Assembly (NCBI GenBank): GCA_964016885.1
Contig: CAXHJY010000651.1
Location: 4,993-68,992, forward strand
DNA from: Eledone cirrhosa
Taxonomy: Eukaryota
Direction of reading: 5' to 3'
Length of the DNA: 64,000 nt
Part shown: positions 42,700 to 56,935 of the stretch, one piece after another
Layout of the letters: every line of letters begins with the position of its first letter
Numbering within the stretch: the first letter of the stretch is position 1
The notes under the pieces: model-generated
Told to the model about the DNA's origin: nothing
The model's input: the letters and a program-made list of their open reading frames with translations, nothing else
The model's database searches: none
Program-made: the position numbers and the translations under genes

Positions 42700-43320
42700 G
42701 TTGAAACCAATCAATGTGGTTGTTGGAACCCCGCCAAGTGTGCGTACAGTCATTTCCTCTGTTCAAAATCTTCATCAATGGGATTGACATACGCAGCCGG
42801 GTTGGAAGTGGTATGGAGACTATTAGGTGTAGAATCAGACGGTTGGAATTTACATACGACATGGTACGACATAACACGTCGGAAGGTGTTCTCCGCTATT
42901 CCCTTGATAGGTATGCTGCCACAAGCTGCAAGGCAGGAATGAAAACCAGTGTTGTGAAGATTGAGATACGCGTCCTCTCAAAAAAGCCGGTGCACAGCAC
43001 TCTACATGTGAGTGGAGTTTCACTGAAGCATGTGCCGAATTATCACGGGGCCGTTTTCATAAGTGATGGAAAGCAAGAGACTGAATTCAGTGCAAGAATT
43101 GCAAGAGCTGGTGCAGTAATGCGCCAGCTTTAGCATTCAGCAATCAGAAGAAGGGGGGGGGGGGTGTAAAAGCCAAACTTGTGATTTTCAGTTCGGTATT
43201 CGTGCCCACTCTTACCTATGGTCATGAATTTTGGATGATGACCGAAAGAATACGATCGTGAATACAAGCGGCCGAAATGAGGTTCCTCTGAAGGGTCTTT
43301 GGAATAATGTTACTCGACAG
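42700..43320 (+). mobile_element. RTE-clade (Rex3/Expander-like) reverse-transcriptase remnant
   Basis: RQVCVQSFPLF (QGCxLSPxLF motif), FTYD (FADD motif), ..RIARAGAVMRQL*..FVPTLTYGHEFWMMTERIRS*IQAAEMRFL. Confidence 0.85.
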
Positions 43321-43384
43321 TTTCGGACGTCAGTTCTTCATCAGGAGTAGATAAATACAAATATATGGTTCAGAGAGTAGTAGT

Positions 43385-43615
43385 AACACAAAGATGGTGC
43401 CCACATATTCCGGGAAGGTCGTGGAGGCAGAGTTCTGAAGCACACCTTCCAGAGGGTCCCGTCAGATGCAACTCTCTCTCTCCATTTGATCAGGCTGGAT
43501 CCCCAAGCGCGAACATTTGAGCTCATAGATGTTATCCAACCATCTTGCTCGGGGTTTACTCCTGGGTCTTCTGTCGGTTGGTTTGACCCCTAAAATCTGT
43601 CCTGCGATTCTTTCA
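43385..43615 (-). mobile_element. Inverted 3' end of the same RTE LINE family
   Basis: ERIAGQILGVKPTDRRPRSKPRARWLDNIYEL..LWKVCFRTLPPRPS. Confidence 0.75.
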
Positions 43616-43784
43616 CACATACATACATGTGAACTTGAGATCCCAGATTCGATGTAACTTTGTGTAACATTCATCCCCTGAGATTTGAAATTCCTTCCCG
43701 ATTCAGAATCACTGCTTAAACGTTTTTGGTAATTCTCCATCCCTTACATTCCTTTAAATATATTACCATCGTCTGTTCTGGGTT

Positions 43785-43970
43785 GTGGCCTCGCAGAATT
43801 GATAGAGCATCAGTATTTATTCCGCATACTGAGTTCAAATCCCACCGAGATCGACTTTGCCTATTGTGATTCCAGGTTTGATAAAATAATGTCCCAGTCA
43901 AGTACTGGGGTTGAATTAATCAACTTTGCCTTTACCCCAAATTTGCTGGCCTTGTGTTTAGATTAGAAAT
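43785..43970 (+). mobile_element. SINE family A, diverged
   Basis: gagttcaaatcccaccgagatcgactttgcc..gctggccttgtg. Confidence 0.7.
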
Positions 43971-44469
43971 ATGTATAGTCTTTGGATAAGAATGGAGTTC
44001 ACGTAATCTCAGTACCCCCCCCCCCCCCCCCTTCCCTACTCTGTACCCTCTCCTCCCCATTCACCACATCCTGCTTACGTACTTTATGTCTAATTAAGAA
44101 ATCGTTGTTTCATTACAGACTTCACCACTCTTCCATATACGTGCAGGATGATAATAAATGACATCAAAGAAAACCGGCCATATGGAGCAGAGCCAGTCAT
44201 CTGTCTTATTTAATTCTCTCATTCCCATACATTTTCCAGAAACATATGTTCAAAATCCATTGTTTTTACCGTAATCCTTTTAGTCTAATGTATTCACATT
44301 GCACCGTTTCACCCTATGGATTACTATAATCCAGTCTGCAGGATTTAGACATTGTTACTGTTGTTGCTGTTGTTGTTGTTAAAGAAATCATTACTATTAT
44401 TGTTAATGTTTTTTTGTTGTTTTTGTTATTTTTGATGTCGTTATTTATTATCGTTAATACTGTTCTTAT

Positions 44470-44983
44470 GAATTGACAGTATCGGTTAGGCATTGGACAA
44501 CATGTTTTACAGCATAGAGTTACAGCCTTTTACGTTCTGAGTTCAAATCTCGCCGAGGTTAGCTTTGCCTTTCATCCTTACGGGATCGATAAAATAAAGC
44601 ACCAGTAATGCACTGGGGTCGATTTAATCGATTTTCCCCTCCCCTATAATTGTGATAAGGTTACTTCTGTTGGCTATGGTGGTGGCTGCAATCGTAATTT
44701 TAGTAAAATTCAACGACGTAATTGTGGTGATTTGGGAGTTAACAGTACACCAAAACTGTATATTTATGGTGCTGGTGTTGTATAGGCACAAGGCCAGTAA
44801 TCGGGGAGGGGGGAGCCGATTAATTCGACCCCAGTGCGTGACTGGTACTTTATTTTATCGACCCTCGTAAGGATGAAAGGCAAAGTTAACCTCGGCGGGA
44901 TTTGAACTCAGATCATAAAAGGCCGTAACTCTATGCTGCAAAGCATGGCGTCCCACTCTACCGATACTGCCAATCCATCGCCC
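44470..44983. mobile_element. Convergent SINE A pair (44470-44650 +; 44782-44983 -)
   Basis: Consensus matches on opposite strands about 130 bp apart. Confidence 0.85.
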
Positions 44984-45713
44984 TAGTGTTGTATATAATG
45001 AAAAAGGCCCACTTCAGTTATGGCTGACCATGGGTTTCCATCTGGAATGTTCCTCTCCAAAGTGTATTCATATATAAGATATTTTGTGGGAGACCAAACA
45101 GTTGCCCATGAATGCCTGTCTCCCTTCTCTATGCCACGAATGTTGTCTAAGGGAAAGGAAAAAGTCGATAGAGCTTGACACCAGTGAGGTCACAGACGAA
45201 CTAAGAACACACAGGGTAAAAAGAGACACCGCAATGTGTCAAGTCCGGTTATCTGCCGCCCTCGACTGGTACTTTATTTATCGACTCCGAAAGGATGACA
45301 GACAACTTTGGCTTCAACGAGTTTTCGAAGTCAGAGTGCAGAGAGCCGGGACAAATACTGCGAAGTATTTCAATCCAATCCTCCAACGAGTCTGTGTTGT
45401 TATTAATGTTATTGGAAGCTTTTATTACAACTGTAGTAGTTGTTGTTAGTGGTGGTGGTGGTGGTGGTGGTGGTGGTGGTATTGGTGTGGGTGTTGTTGT
45501 TAGTGGTGGTGGTGGTATTGGTGTTGGTGGTGTTGTTGTTAGTGGTGGTAGTGGTGGTATTGGTGTAGGTGTTGTTGTTAGTGGTGGTGGTGGTGTTGTT
45601 GTTAGTGGTGGTAGTGGTGGTATTGGTGTAGGTGTTGTTGTTAGTGGTGGTGGTGGTGTTGGTGTTGGTGGTGGTGATGGTGGTGGTGGTTGTGGAGGTG
45701 GTGTTGGTCTCGG

Positions 45714-45744
<31 letters not shown>

Positions 45745-48354
45745 GATGGTGGTGGCGGTGGCGTTAGTGTTGGTAATGGTTACGGTTGTTGTGACGGACG
45801 ACAGAGTGGCAGCGGTGGCGGCGGTGGTGATGGTGTTGGTAGTGTGTGTGTGTGGGGGGGGGGGGGTGATAGTGATGGTGGTGGAGGTGTTGGTGGTGGT
45901 GGTGGTGGTGGTGGTGGCAAGTTAAAATCCCAAGTGATAGCGCTAAATTCACATACTTTTCTTTGAAATGTAATTTCGGAAATGTTTGGATCTCTCAATT
46001 GTCCTTCCTTAACATTTTAAAATCTTGGTAAGATTTTATCTGTAAACACAGAGGACCATTTAATTCTAAGAACATGAGAGCATTTCTAATTAATAAAGCA
46101 GTTTCTATATATTATTAAGTCTGTGAACAAGACTTTCTCCGTCATCGTAGACTATTAAGTATAAGCATCAGCAGCCTTTAATCATATTATAACACGGTTG
46201 CCATTAAGTCTGAGTAGATATCATATCTTTCACGCAGTTTGTTGTAAACGTTTGGCGCGAGTCCTTCTTGATTTATTTCAATTCCCACTTGTAGCCATTT
46301 TATTTCATTTACTTCAATAATGTCATAGAGGAAGAGCATGGAAATTATTGCAGCAGCTAATTTTCTATAATATAATATAATATACTATAATATAATATAC
46401 ATTTTAATCCACATACATGCCGATACAAATCGATACTAAGTGTTTTGAAGGCGGGTGGAAAGAGCCGATAGCATTAGAGTGTCAAATTGGAATACTTAAT
46501 AGTAGCTTATAACACGTAGACCATATCTCTCCAAGTTTTCAGTTCCAAATCCAGCGGGGTAAACTTAGTCATTAATTTATCCCATACCAATAAAATAATT
46601 ACCAGTAATATAGATGGGCCGATTATAACACCTAAATCTTAGTTTCTAACGTCTCACGTTGTACCGAATCAACGAAATTAGAATTTAGTATCCCAAAGTT
46701 AACTAGCTGACGGACATAGTAGAGTGCTTCACATAGTGCCTTGTGTTACTTATTTCCTTTTTTTAATGCTCTGGGTTCGAATCTTGCATAGATCAGCATT
46801 CGGTTGGACTCATAAGTGGAAGGTGGTAGCAAAACATATATTATGTTAGACATGGCCTGGGCCAATACAGGCCGAAACCTATCAAACTTATATAGATAAA
46901 CTATATGTAATATATAGGCAATAAATTCACCAATATGATATACCGGCACCATCCCTATAACCGCTACCATTGCCACAACTAATAAAATGCCACCTAATTG
47001 TAGCAATAAACACAAATGTAAATCTAAATGGATCTCCGTTGGTTTTTACAATGAGTTTTCCAATCTTTTCACCGATGGGATGGCTTGCTTATCGCATACA
47101 CGTGTAAGTGGTTGAGTATTGAAAAGACACGTGTACCATTCAGCTATTTCACAGAGAAGAATTAATGTGACATAATAATGTAATAACACTGGACTCTTGA
47201 ATAATGTATTTTAAAATAGTTTATGTTTATCTAATTTCACCCACAAGTTTTTGGTTGATCCGAGGTTATGGTAAAATACACTTGGAAATCATCAATCGCT
47301 GTGAGATTAAACCAAAGACTTCGTGATTTTGAAGCGGAATTCTGAACTATTCGGCAGAATTTCTGCGTCTATATTCGTAAAGATATTCCAATCACATCCA
47401 CTACACTAATACTGTGGTCATCTTTACCTACTACCACTATACCATTTCTACTACTATCACAATACCATCAGTATAACACCACATTAATACTGCTTCTATC
47501 CCCACACGTTTAGTGTGAGTAAATCTATCTTAAGTTTTTCACAGTTCATCAGCGGATACATTCTTTAATGAAGCTGTTGTCTTATACTTAAACTGGTCTT
47601 CATCAGCGGATACATTATTCAATGTCTCCCATCTTTCTCATTGAATTCTCAGAAATCTCCCACATTTAGTTACTATTATCCTAGTCGTTTTTCTCGCATA
47701 GTTGTACATAATATATTTCTGTCATTTCAGGGTACAAAACTTCTATACTGATCAATCCTATTAAGATACTCTACTGTGAATAGATGAGTCAACATCAGCC
47801 TCTTGATTTTGAATAGGTTTTTTAGCCATCCATTCAGAACAGCAGCAATGATGTTCCGTGAGCTAAGTTAAACATTACAAGCACTTTGATATAAATATAA
47901 TATACACACACTCTTAGGCATCTATTCTTCTATACGTATGAAAAAAAATTCTCTTTCTATTGTTATTCTTACCGTATAACAATCTGGGAGGAGAGAGTAA
48001 TTGTAGCTCAGCGTCTATGAGAAAGTTTATTTAAATAAAAGGGTTCCCTGGGAATCACTGATTTAAAACATAGCGATCATTTTCTCATCTGTGAAGCTAT
48101 CTTTTGAACATGGATTTTTTTTCCTGAAGTAATTTCTTTACGTATCAGAAATGTATAAAATAGCTGAGAAACAGAGCATCACAATCCAATCAACGTTTAC
48201 ATATAGGTTAGACATGCTAAAAATAGCCGCCAAATCACCGCCAAATTACACTCTACTTACTATTTTTAAAAGTCTTTGACACGTTTTAACTATCTATATT
48301 TTATGAATTTTTACCTACTTATTTAGACAAAACTTCATGCATTAAACCTCTCAG

Positions 48355-48537
48355 GTGAATTGGCAGTATCAGTAGAGGGTTGGACGCCATGCTTTCTAGC
48401 ATAGTTACGTCCTTCTACGGTCTGAGTTGAAATCCCATCGAGGTTAACTTTGCCTTTCATCCTTGCGAGGTCGATAAAATAAAGTACCAGTAATGTACTG
48501 GGTAATTGCTGGCCTTGTGCCAAAAGTAGAAACAATT
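48355..48537 (+). mobile_element. SINE family A
   Basis: Consensus match. Confidence 0.9.
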
Positions 48538-49443
48538 AAATGTGTCAATAAAAAGATGTTTGTCCTACATTTTCCTATATCACGATTCTTTCTTTTGTTT
48601 TGTTTTTTTACAGACTCAGCCCTTTAATTGAGGAAGATGAAGGTTACAATTATATATAGAGAGAAAAGTGTAACACATCGTATGAATGGGTTGAACGCGT
48701 TACTGTTGAGCAAAATTAAAACAATTCCGATGGAAATTTGATAAAGTGCTTCCTGCCCGAAGCATAATTTTACATTATCACAAATGGGTAGCCAAAAACC
48801 TTTAAAATTATAAATAATTAAAAAGTGTCAAAGATAAGAAAGAGAAGGGTGAGATAATTATTCCTGGGATGCCTTTGATCATACGTCTGCTCAGTCAGGT
48901 ATGACCTAGGGCTAAACAACATCAGATAATCGCTTTAGAAAGTGCCGCTTTTTTTTATTCATTTTATTGGTAGTGATCACATCCTATATATGTTTACAGA
49001 ACTTTTGTTCTTTTGTTTGGTGATGCGACTTGAAATGAATTGTCATATTTTAGGAAATATGTTGTACATGCCTAAAGTTTCTTTTCTTTCTTTTGTAATA
49101 AATATTATGGTATCTCATTTATAATGATATATCTCCTAGCACTTCACTCTCTTGGAGGTAGAAGTTTCTTAGTAGCAACAAACGCAAATGAGATGTAGAA
49201 GAAAATCTATCAATTATTCATTGATATAGCATTTATGAGGAATACTGTTCACGCTATGTGTTATATGATAGTCTATCTAGGTGGTTATAGAATTTCGTTT
49301 CCATTTTTCTAGATTCTAGTCTTGTTATGCCAATGAATAATTGATATCTGCATTCTGAAGGTCCACACTTACATCTTTTGGTCTTTTCTGCTACCAAGAG
49401 ATTTGTATCTACATGAGATTTAAATTTCAGACGTTGTATATTG

Positions 49444-49548
49444 CTATATCACAATATCCCCATATCTCTATATCTCTATATCACAATATCCCCATATCTC
49501 TATATCTCTATATCACAATATCCCCATATCTCTATATCTCTATATCAC
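49444..49548. repeat. 32-bp tandem repeat
   Basis: ctatatcacaatatccccatatctctatatct, about 3 copies. Confidence 0.85.
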
Positions 49549-49664
49549 TAAGACATAATTAGCCAGGTTAAAGATAAAGATCAATGAAAGTCCACTTCAA
49601 AGACTCCAACATTCAAGCATTGGCAACCAGGACAATTCATTATGAAAATAACAAAATGATAATA

Positions 49665-50118
49665 ATAATGGTTTCTTATATAGGCACAAGGCCAGCAATT
49701 TTGGGGGAGGGGAAAGACGATTAAATCGACCCCAGTGCGTGACTGGTACTTTATTTTATCGACCCTGTAAGGATGAAAGGCAAAGTTAGCCACGGCGGGA
49801 TTTGAACTCAGATCATAAAGGGACGTAAGTCTATGCTGCAAAGCATGACGTCCGGCCCTTTACCGATACTGCCAATCCACCGCCCTCAAAATGATAATAA
49901 TAATAATAATAATGACAATAATAATAGTTTCTGATTTAGGCACAAGGCCAATTTTAGGGGATGGGAAAGTCGATTAAATCAACCCCAGTGCGTTACTGGT
50001 GCTTTATGAAAGGCAAAGCTAACCTTAGCGGGACTTGGACTCAGACCGTAAAGGGCCGTAACTCCATGCTGCAAAGCAAGGTGTCCGACGCTCTACTGAC
50101 TCTGCCAATCAACCGCCC
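49665..50118 (-). mobile_element. Two tandem SINE A copies
   Basis: 49665-49885 and 49922-50118, reverse complement of consensus. Confidence 0.85.
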
Positions 50119-50124
50119 TATTAA

Positions 50125-50700
50125 TAGTAATAATGATAAAGGTTTCTTTATTGGCCACAAGGGCCGAAACATGAAGGGCAAACAAAAACAGGGACAGTGG
50201 GGGGTTACATAAAATCGTGTAAAATATATACCGTGTAGCAGCAATAAGCAACAAAATACGTAACAATAAAATTCCCTAATAGGGGGAGTACCACCCAAGG
50301 GTGACTTAGAAACCCCACCAATCCTAAACCACCCTACTCTCCAAGAGAACCCCAGGAAGGCGCCCTTTCCTCTCTATACTCGTCAGACTACAGGCGCATG
50401 GTTAGAGAAGGCCCATTCACATGGTCCACCCTTGCTACATTCATCCACTTCTAATGTACTGGAGATATCAACTCCCTCTCCACCCTCACTTTCCTTTCCA
50501 AGTGGAACTTGAAAAAGTTACTGAGGGTTTGGCCGAAGTGGAAAGTGCCTGTCTTCAGTCTTTCAGCCGCGTCTACTTCACAATCTCTTTCACCATAGTC
50601 ACCAGGCAGAGGAACACTGCCTGCCTTTCTGAGAGCAGGAAAGCGATGTCGTTCCATGGTCAGTCTAAGAGGAACGCAAAGGAAGACAAGTTGATCAAAC
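50125..50700 (-). mobile_element. Tx1/L1-like LINE 3' end
   Basis: LKTGTFHFGQTLSNFFKFHLERKVRVERELISP..KWMNVARV, then 3' UTR ending ggccaataaagaaa. Confidence 0.6.
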
Positions 50701-50859
50701 AGCCACCAGTACTTGATTGGTACTTTGTTATATCAACCTCGGAAGAATGAAAAGCAAAGTTGACCGTGACGGGATTTGAACTCAGAACTTAAAGAGCCAT
50801 AACAAATATTGTCGCTTTAACGGTTCTGCAAATCCTCCAAACTTTATATATCTTTTCAG

Positions 50860-50927
50860 AGTTGTACATATCTGACAAGTGGCATGATCTGAGCTCTTGT
50901 GTTGAACCTAAAGCAATTACACCCTGT
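50860..50927 (+). other. Candidate small exon of an unidentified gene or pseudogene
   Basis: tcttttcag acceptor, gtaaga donor, open frame (E)LYISDKWHDLSSCVEPKAITPC. Confidence 0.3.
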
Positions 50928-51653
50928 GTAAGAGTGATTATAGCCTTTTAAAAACAAAACAAAAAAAACATAAAATTGTTTCCCCTGCAATTCAGTGTTG
51001 CAGTGGAGCTGTGTCCAGGATGCTAACAGCGTGAAGAAAATGTTAACACTAAGAAATAAATGGTAAATGTAAAGTGAAGTTAACAGGTTTTATGTGTTTT
51101 GGAATATGTAAAATGATTCTTCCGCGATGTAATTGCTTTATATATAATAATGTGTGCAAAATGGCGATGTTTATCGTCAGCAGCTACTCATATCTTCTTT
51201 GGAAATCAACCAAATGGACTTGTGCCAGAATGACCATCCATACAGCACCCTAATATACCAACCACTTCAGTAATACTTGAGTGGTTGACCGCCTCACAAG
51301 CAATTGATGATCTCCAGGCTAATTCGCAGCAAAATGAGAATGGATATGATGTAGTCAAAGAAATATCTACACTTAAACAAGATTTTACATTACTAAATAG
51401 CTTTATATCTACATACAGGCGCACGCAATACGCACACAACACCCACACAACACCCACACAACACCCACACAACACCCACACAACACCCACACAACACCCA
51501 CACAACACCCACGCAACACGCATTTTGTATGTATGTGCGCAGGCTTGATTATATTTTCAAGTATCTTCTCGCATTAGCGGTATTTATGTAACCTTATATA
51601 AGTGTGTGTGAATGTGTGTGTGCGAGCGCAAATCTACATTTGTATGAATATAA

Positions 51654-51718
<65 letters not shown>

Positions 51719-51723
51719 GTATT

Positions 51724-51829
<106 letters not shown>

Positions 51830-51847
51830 TGTATATGTATATATATA

Positions 51848-51883
<36 letters not shown>

Positions 51884-51888
51884 CATAC

Positions 51889-51937
<49 letters not shown>

Positions 51938-51989
51938 CACATATATATATTTACATATGTATGTATATATATACATATATATACACACA

Positions 51990-52030
51990 CTGAGGATCCG
52001 CTAAGGTGAAACAATTGTTCTCGGTATGGT
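51990..52030 (+). ncRNA. 5'-truncated hammerhead core
   Basis: CTGAGGA-tccgctaaggt-GAAAC-aatt-GTT; stem I 5' strand missing. Confidence 0.4.
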
Positions 52031-52053
52031 GAACTAACTGTTGTGTAACCACT

Positions 52054-52570
<517 letters not shown>

Positions 52571-52590
52571 ATACAAAGTTATTGAAAACT

Positions 52591-52757
<167 letters not shown>

Positions 52758-52937
52758 CTTACATTCTTTACAAATTATTCCCTGTGATTGTTTCATATGT
52801 TTATTTTATATATATATATGTCAGTCTATTTCTAGTTGATATGTAATGCTCGGATCTAATCATTGGAATCTTTGAGCTTATTCTACAGTGGATATGGCGC
52901 ATGTCTCTCAGACATGACAACCCTTAACTTCAACTTT

Positions 52938-52974
<37 letters not shown>

Positions 52975-52977
<3 letters not shown>

Positions 52978-53149
52978 CAACGAGGTTGTGGTAAAGTACC
53001 AGGTGGACCATAACTCACCAGAGTACTCGATACTTGGGGTATTAGAGATGGTAATATGAAAAGATTCAGGACCCCGACAGCTGAGCTCCGGCCGGATCTA
53101 GCTGTCGAAACGGCCGGAGCTCAGCCGTCGGGGTCCTGAATCTTTTCAT
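52975..53149. mobile_element. Hairpin element family H
   Basis: TA-flanked; stem gaccccgacagctgagctccggccg / cggccggagctcagccgtcggggtc. Confidence 0.85.
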
Positions 53150-53376
53150 ATATATAGGGAGAGAGGGGAAAGAAAGAAAGAAAGAAATAGACATATGTGT
53201 ATTTATGTATTATGCTTTATACAGACAAATTTTATACAGAAGATCAATTGACATGCACTCTGTAGGCGGAACAGTAAACATATATAAGACTTTTCTAAAA
53301 TTCACCACGTAGCGTTATGAATTCGCCATTCCGATTACATGCACAGGACACCCACAACGTTACTACCATTATCTGG

Positions 53377-53563
53377 GGGATTGGCAGCATCGGTAGAAGG
53401 TCGGACGCCATGCTTTGCAGCATAGAGTTATGCCCCTTTATGGTCTGAGTTCAAATCCCGCCGAGGTTGACTCTGCCTTTCATCCTTACGGGGTCGATAA
53501 AATAAAGTACCAGTAATGCACTGGTATAATTGCTGGCCTTGGGCCAAAAGTAGAAACAATTAT
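53377..53563 (+). mobile_element. SINE family A
   Basis: Consensus match. Confidence 0.9.
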
Positions 53564-54579
53564 CATTATCACCTTCAAACCAACACAATCAAGATTAATT
53601 CATTTGCTACTCTTCGTCATAGTAGACTAACACTAGAGAAGACTGAGTGGTCATTTGACCTGCTAGACATAGCAGTCAAATGTGCCTCAAATCACACCTT
53701 TTGAAATATAGAACACTTTGGTAGTTTGAGCTATTGGACTCTAATGTATTTTGAGATACACAGTTTGAATAAAAGATGGGATGGGATGGAATGGTCATGT
53801 CTTGAATAAAAGATGTTCTATCATAGCACACCCAGATTGGGGTGAGGGTAAATAACATTGAAATACTGCCACACTCACCCTATCTACACACTCATAACCC
53901 TCAATGCTCACACCCACCCACTAATATCACCACTCAAATGCTATCGAAATCATGTGGAGCATAACAACTCTCCAATCAGACAGACATACAGACAGTCCTA
54001 CAACAACGACACCAACATGGAAATATGACAAACAGACAAGCTGATAGACTGGCCGACAGGTAAGCAGGAGGGTCTACGCCTGCGCCATCGGCATATAAAT
54101 ATGTCAAGCAGACAGCCTACACCAGCGCCACCATCGTGTAAATATGTCAAATAATATATCAGAAGCATAACATGTCTACAACCACAGCGATCGTTCAAGA
54201 TAAGATCCATTTAATAGCGGAAACTAGCGAGATGGAGGCTGTCTCGTAGCTAGCTTATCTCAATAAAAATGGCGAAACTAGCGAAAGAATTATTCATTTA
54301 TTTGTTTATTATCACAGCCTGTTTGTCAGACTGTTCGACTGTCTACCTACACAGCTATCTCACACACACACGCGCACGCACACACACAAATACACACACA
54401 CTCATAGAGACACTCTCAGACTTGTACACACAGAGACACAGTTATATACAGAAACACATACACATCACTCGCACATAATCACACACTCACATACATATAG
54501 TCACACACTCTCAAACTGTCTAACACACACAATCACACATAGTCACACACTCCCCCACTTCTCTCTTCTTATATATTAT

Positions 54580-55315
54580 ATTATATTTCTTTTGCAATTC
54601 TATAAATTCTTCATAGAAAGAGTTTTTAAAACTTATTGTAGACTGACAGCAGACCAGTAAGATAACTCGGGTAATATATTCTATCCTATCAAGTCCTTGC
54701 AAAACATCGGATAGATATTGCATCATAACCTCCTCAGCGGACAAAATGGTGAATACGTTATTCCGAGTGATAGCAAGTGACTCAGTCGACCTCACGGAAT
54801 TCGTACATGCTGATGGCCATCGTCATCACGATTATATAAAAACACAATTCCATTGCTGGAATTTTCATAACAACAACCAATAAGTTTCATGCTAAACATT
54901 ACAGATGCCTTATTTTGAAGGTTCCCCTTATAGATTGAATTTATCGATGGTCTTTTTCTTGGCCTGATCACCCCAGCATTACCGTTTGAGGAACTGTACC
55001 CGATTATTTTGTCACTTTCTACACAAATGTAGTTTTGGATGCTGATTACCATAACCACAACGATTTTTGGAAAATATAAAAATAAAGGTTGTTACGGTTT
55101 CTTAAAAACTGATAACATTTTTATTTTTAGTTATATGGGCCAGTCAGGTATTTAGTATTTATCCTATACACCGCAGTTTACTTGGAACTAGTTCTTTATA
55201 CATTCACGAATATATCCTGGAGTCACTAAATGTTTCGAGTCTTACAATATATATGCTCATATAGGTGACCCGCCTGGGGTTAATGTAGCTTTGGTCCGTG
55301 TCCAAGTAGATTACT
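54580..55315 (-). pseudogene. Possible decayed multi-pass membrane protein (GPCR-like) coding remnant
   Basis: Non-repetitive sequence with hydrophobic segments separated by frameshifts and stops (FPKIVVVMVISI; FYIIVMTMAISMYEF; ITRVILLVCCQSTISF..FYEEFIEL). Confidence 0.25.
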
Positions 55316-55383
55316 TACATCCAGCCCCATCTATCACTTCTCTTCAGACATAACCATCTAGATTCTCTCTCTCTGTTTTTTCT

Positions 55384-55416
<33 letters not shown>

Positions 55417-56234
55417 GCGGCTATGTGATTCTTCATAGCTCTATTCCTGCTTGCTCCTGTAATACCAAGTGTTTCGGAATACACAGATACGGCGAACCTC
55501 CGAAATCGCGGAAACACGTGTCATTAGGAAGCGAAAACCTTCCCTAAAAAGTGGGAATGGTCCGGACTCGTGAAATCCCGTTTACTCATATTTTATTCGG
55601 AAACAGATTTGCCAAGCAAGGAATGGAAACGCAGTACACACTTCTGAAGAAGGAAACTAAATCCAAAAGCGGTCACAACTCACTCATGACCCAGCAACAA
55701 ATCTCTTTGTCTAATGCTACGTGACTGTTCATGGTACTTCAATTCACTTTGTTTATCTCACTCTATTGTTTATATTATTTTATCATACTTCTTTCCTTTT
55801 CCACTCCTCTCATTAAGCGGACTAAATCACACCCGATACCTCCACCTACAGACATCTCTATATTTCCAGATTCCCTGTCTAATCGAACAATAAAACGTAA
55901 AAAGTATACGTTTTAAACATGTTTTATCTCGTTTTATTATATATATGCTAGTGATAACTAATCCCAACCACGAGAAGCACGTACTATATACAAATGAACT
56001 TCTCCAGCCGATGTTTTATACGCCAAACATATATAAGTTATAGGCTATTCTTGTTTCAATGCCGTGTGAGTAAACGTCACTGATGATAGATTAAAAAGTC
56101 CTGAAACACTAGTATCTGGCGTTCTCACATGTCTACCGAGATAGCTGTGACATGATCCCATCTTATATATGAGACTTATATGTGTTTGACAGACATAAAA
56201 ATTATCGTATGTCTCTTCATCTTCTACAGATCCG

Positions 56235-56530
56235 TTACCTGACGAAGTTCCTCTACAACCTGAACCTGTCTAACCTTGCCATCTGAAATTTCCTTGCTTC
56301 CAGCCCTGTGTCATCTTTAAGAACATCCGTCGGTGTGATACTTGGTATCCCCCAACTTGTCTGCAATCACCTCAATTCCAGAGAATTCTGCCAGCAGTTC
56401 CACATGTCCAGCTAATGCAAGCCTCCGCCGCTTTTAGTGTCAGAAAGCCGAGAGTGTTACCGTAGAGTGATTTATTTGTTACATGTGATTTCCAGAAGAT
56501 GCTCTGGAATTATTTCAGCATTCGCGTGTC
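56235..56530 (-). mobile_element. LINE C-terminal remnant (RTE group)
   Basis: SIFWKSHVTNKSLYGN..RRRLALAGHV..DVLKDDTGLE. Confidence 0.65.
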
Positions 56531-56639
56531 TTCGCCTTTGTATACACCTCTATTATTAATCAACCAGTAAAACATTCGTCCTGCCAGGTAGCCAACCAGT
56601 TATTTAGCTAACAAGTCGGCCAGTCATCCAGACTCTTAG

Positions 56640-56935
56640 ACAGCCATCCCTTCAACCTGTCCAGCATCCAGTCAGCCAGCCTACCAGCCAGCCTACCAGC
56701 CAGCCTACCAGCCAGCCTACCAGTCAGCCTGCCAGCCAGTCAGCCAGCCTGGTATCCAATCAGCCAGCCTACCAAGGAGTCTGCCAGCCAGCCAGCCAGC
56801 CAGTCAGTCAACAATCTAGTAACCCACCCAATCAGCCAGAGAGTCGGGTCAGCCAGTCACGTAGCTATCAAGCCACCCAACTATCCAGTTATCCAGCCAT
56901 CCACCTAGTCAGTTAGTTAGTTATCCAGCCAACAT
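56640..56935. repeat. (CAGC)n degenerate repeat
   Basis: cagccagcctac units. Confidence 0.8.

Noticed and set aside
46746-47015. Hydrophobic 89-aa ORF
   Set aside because: No ATG start, weak splice signals and no recognisable family.
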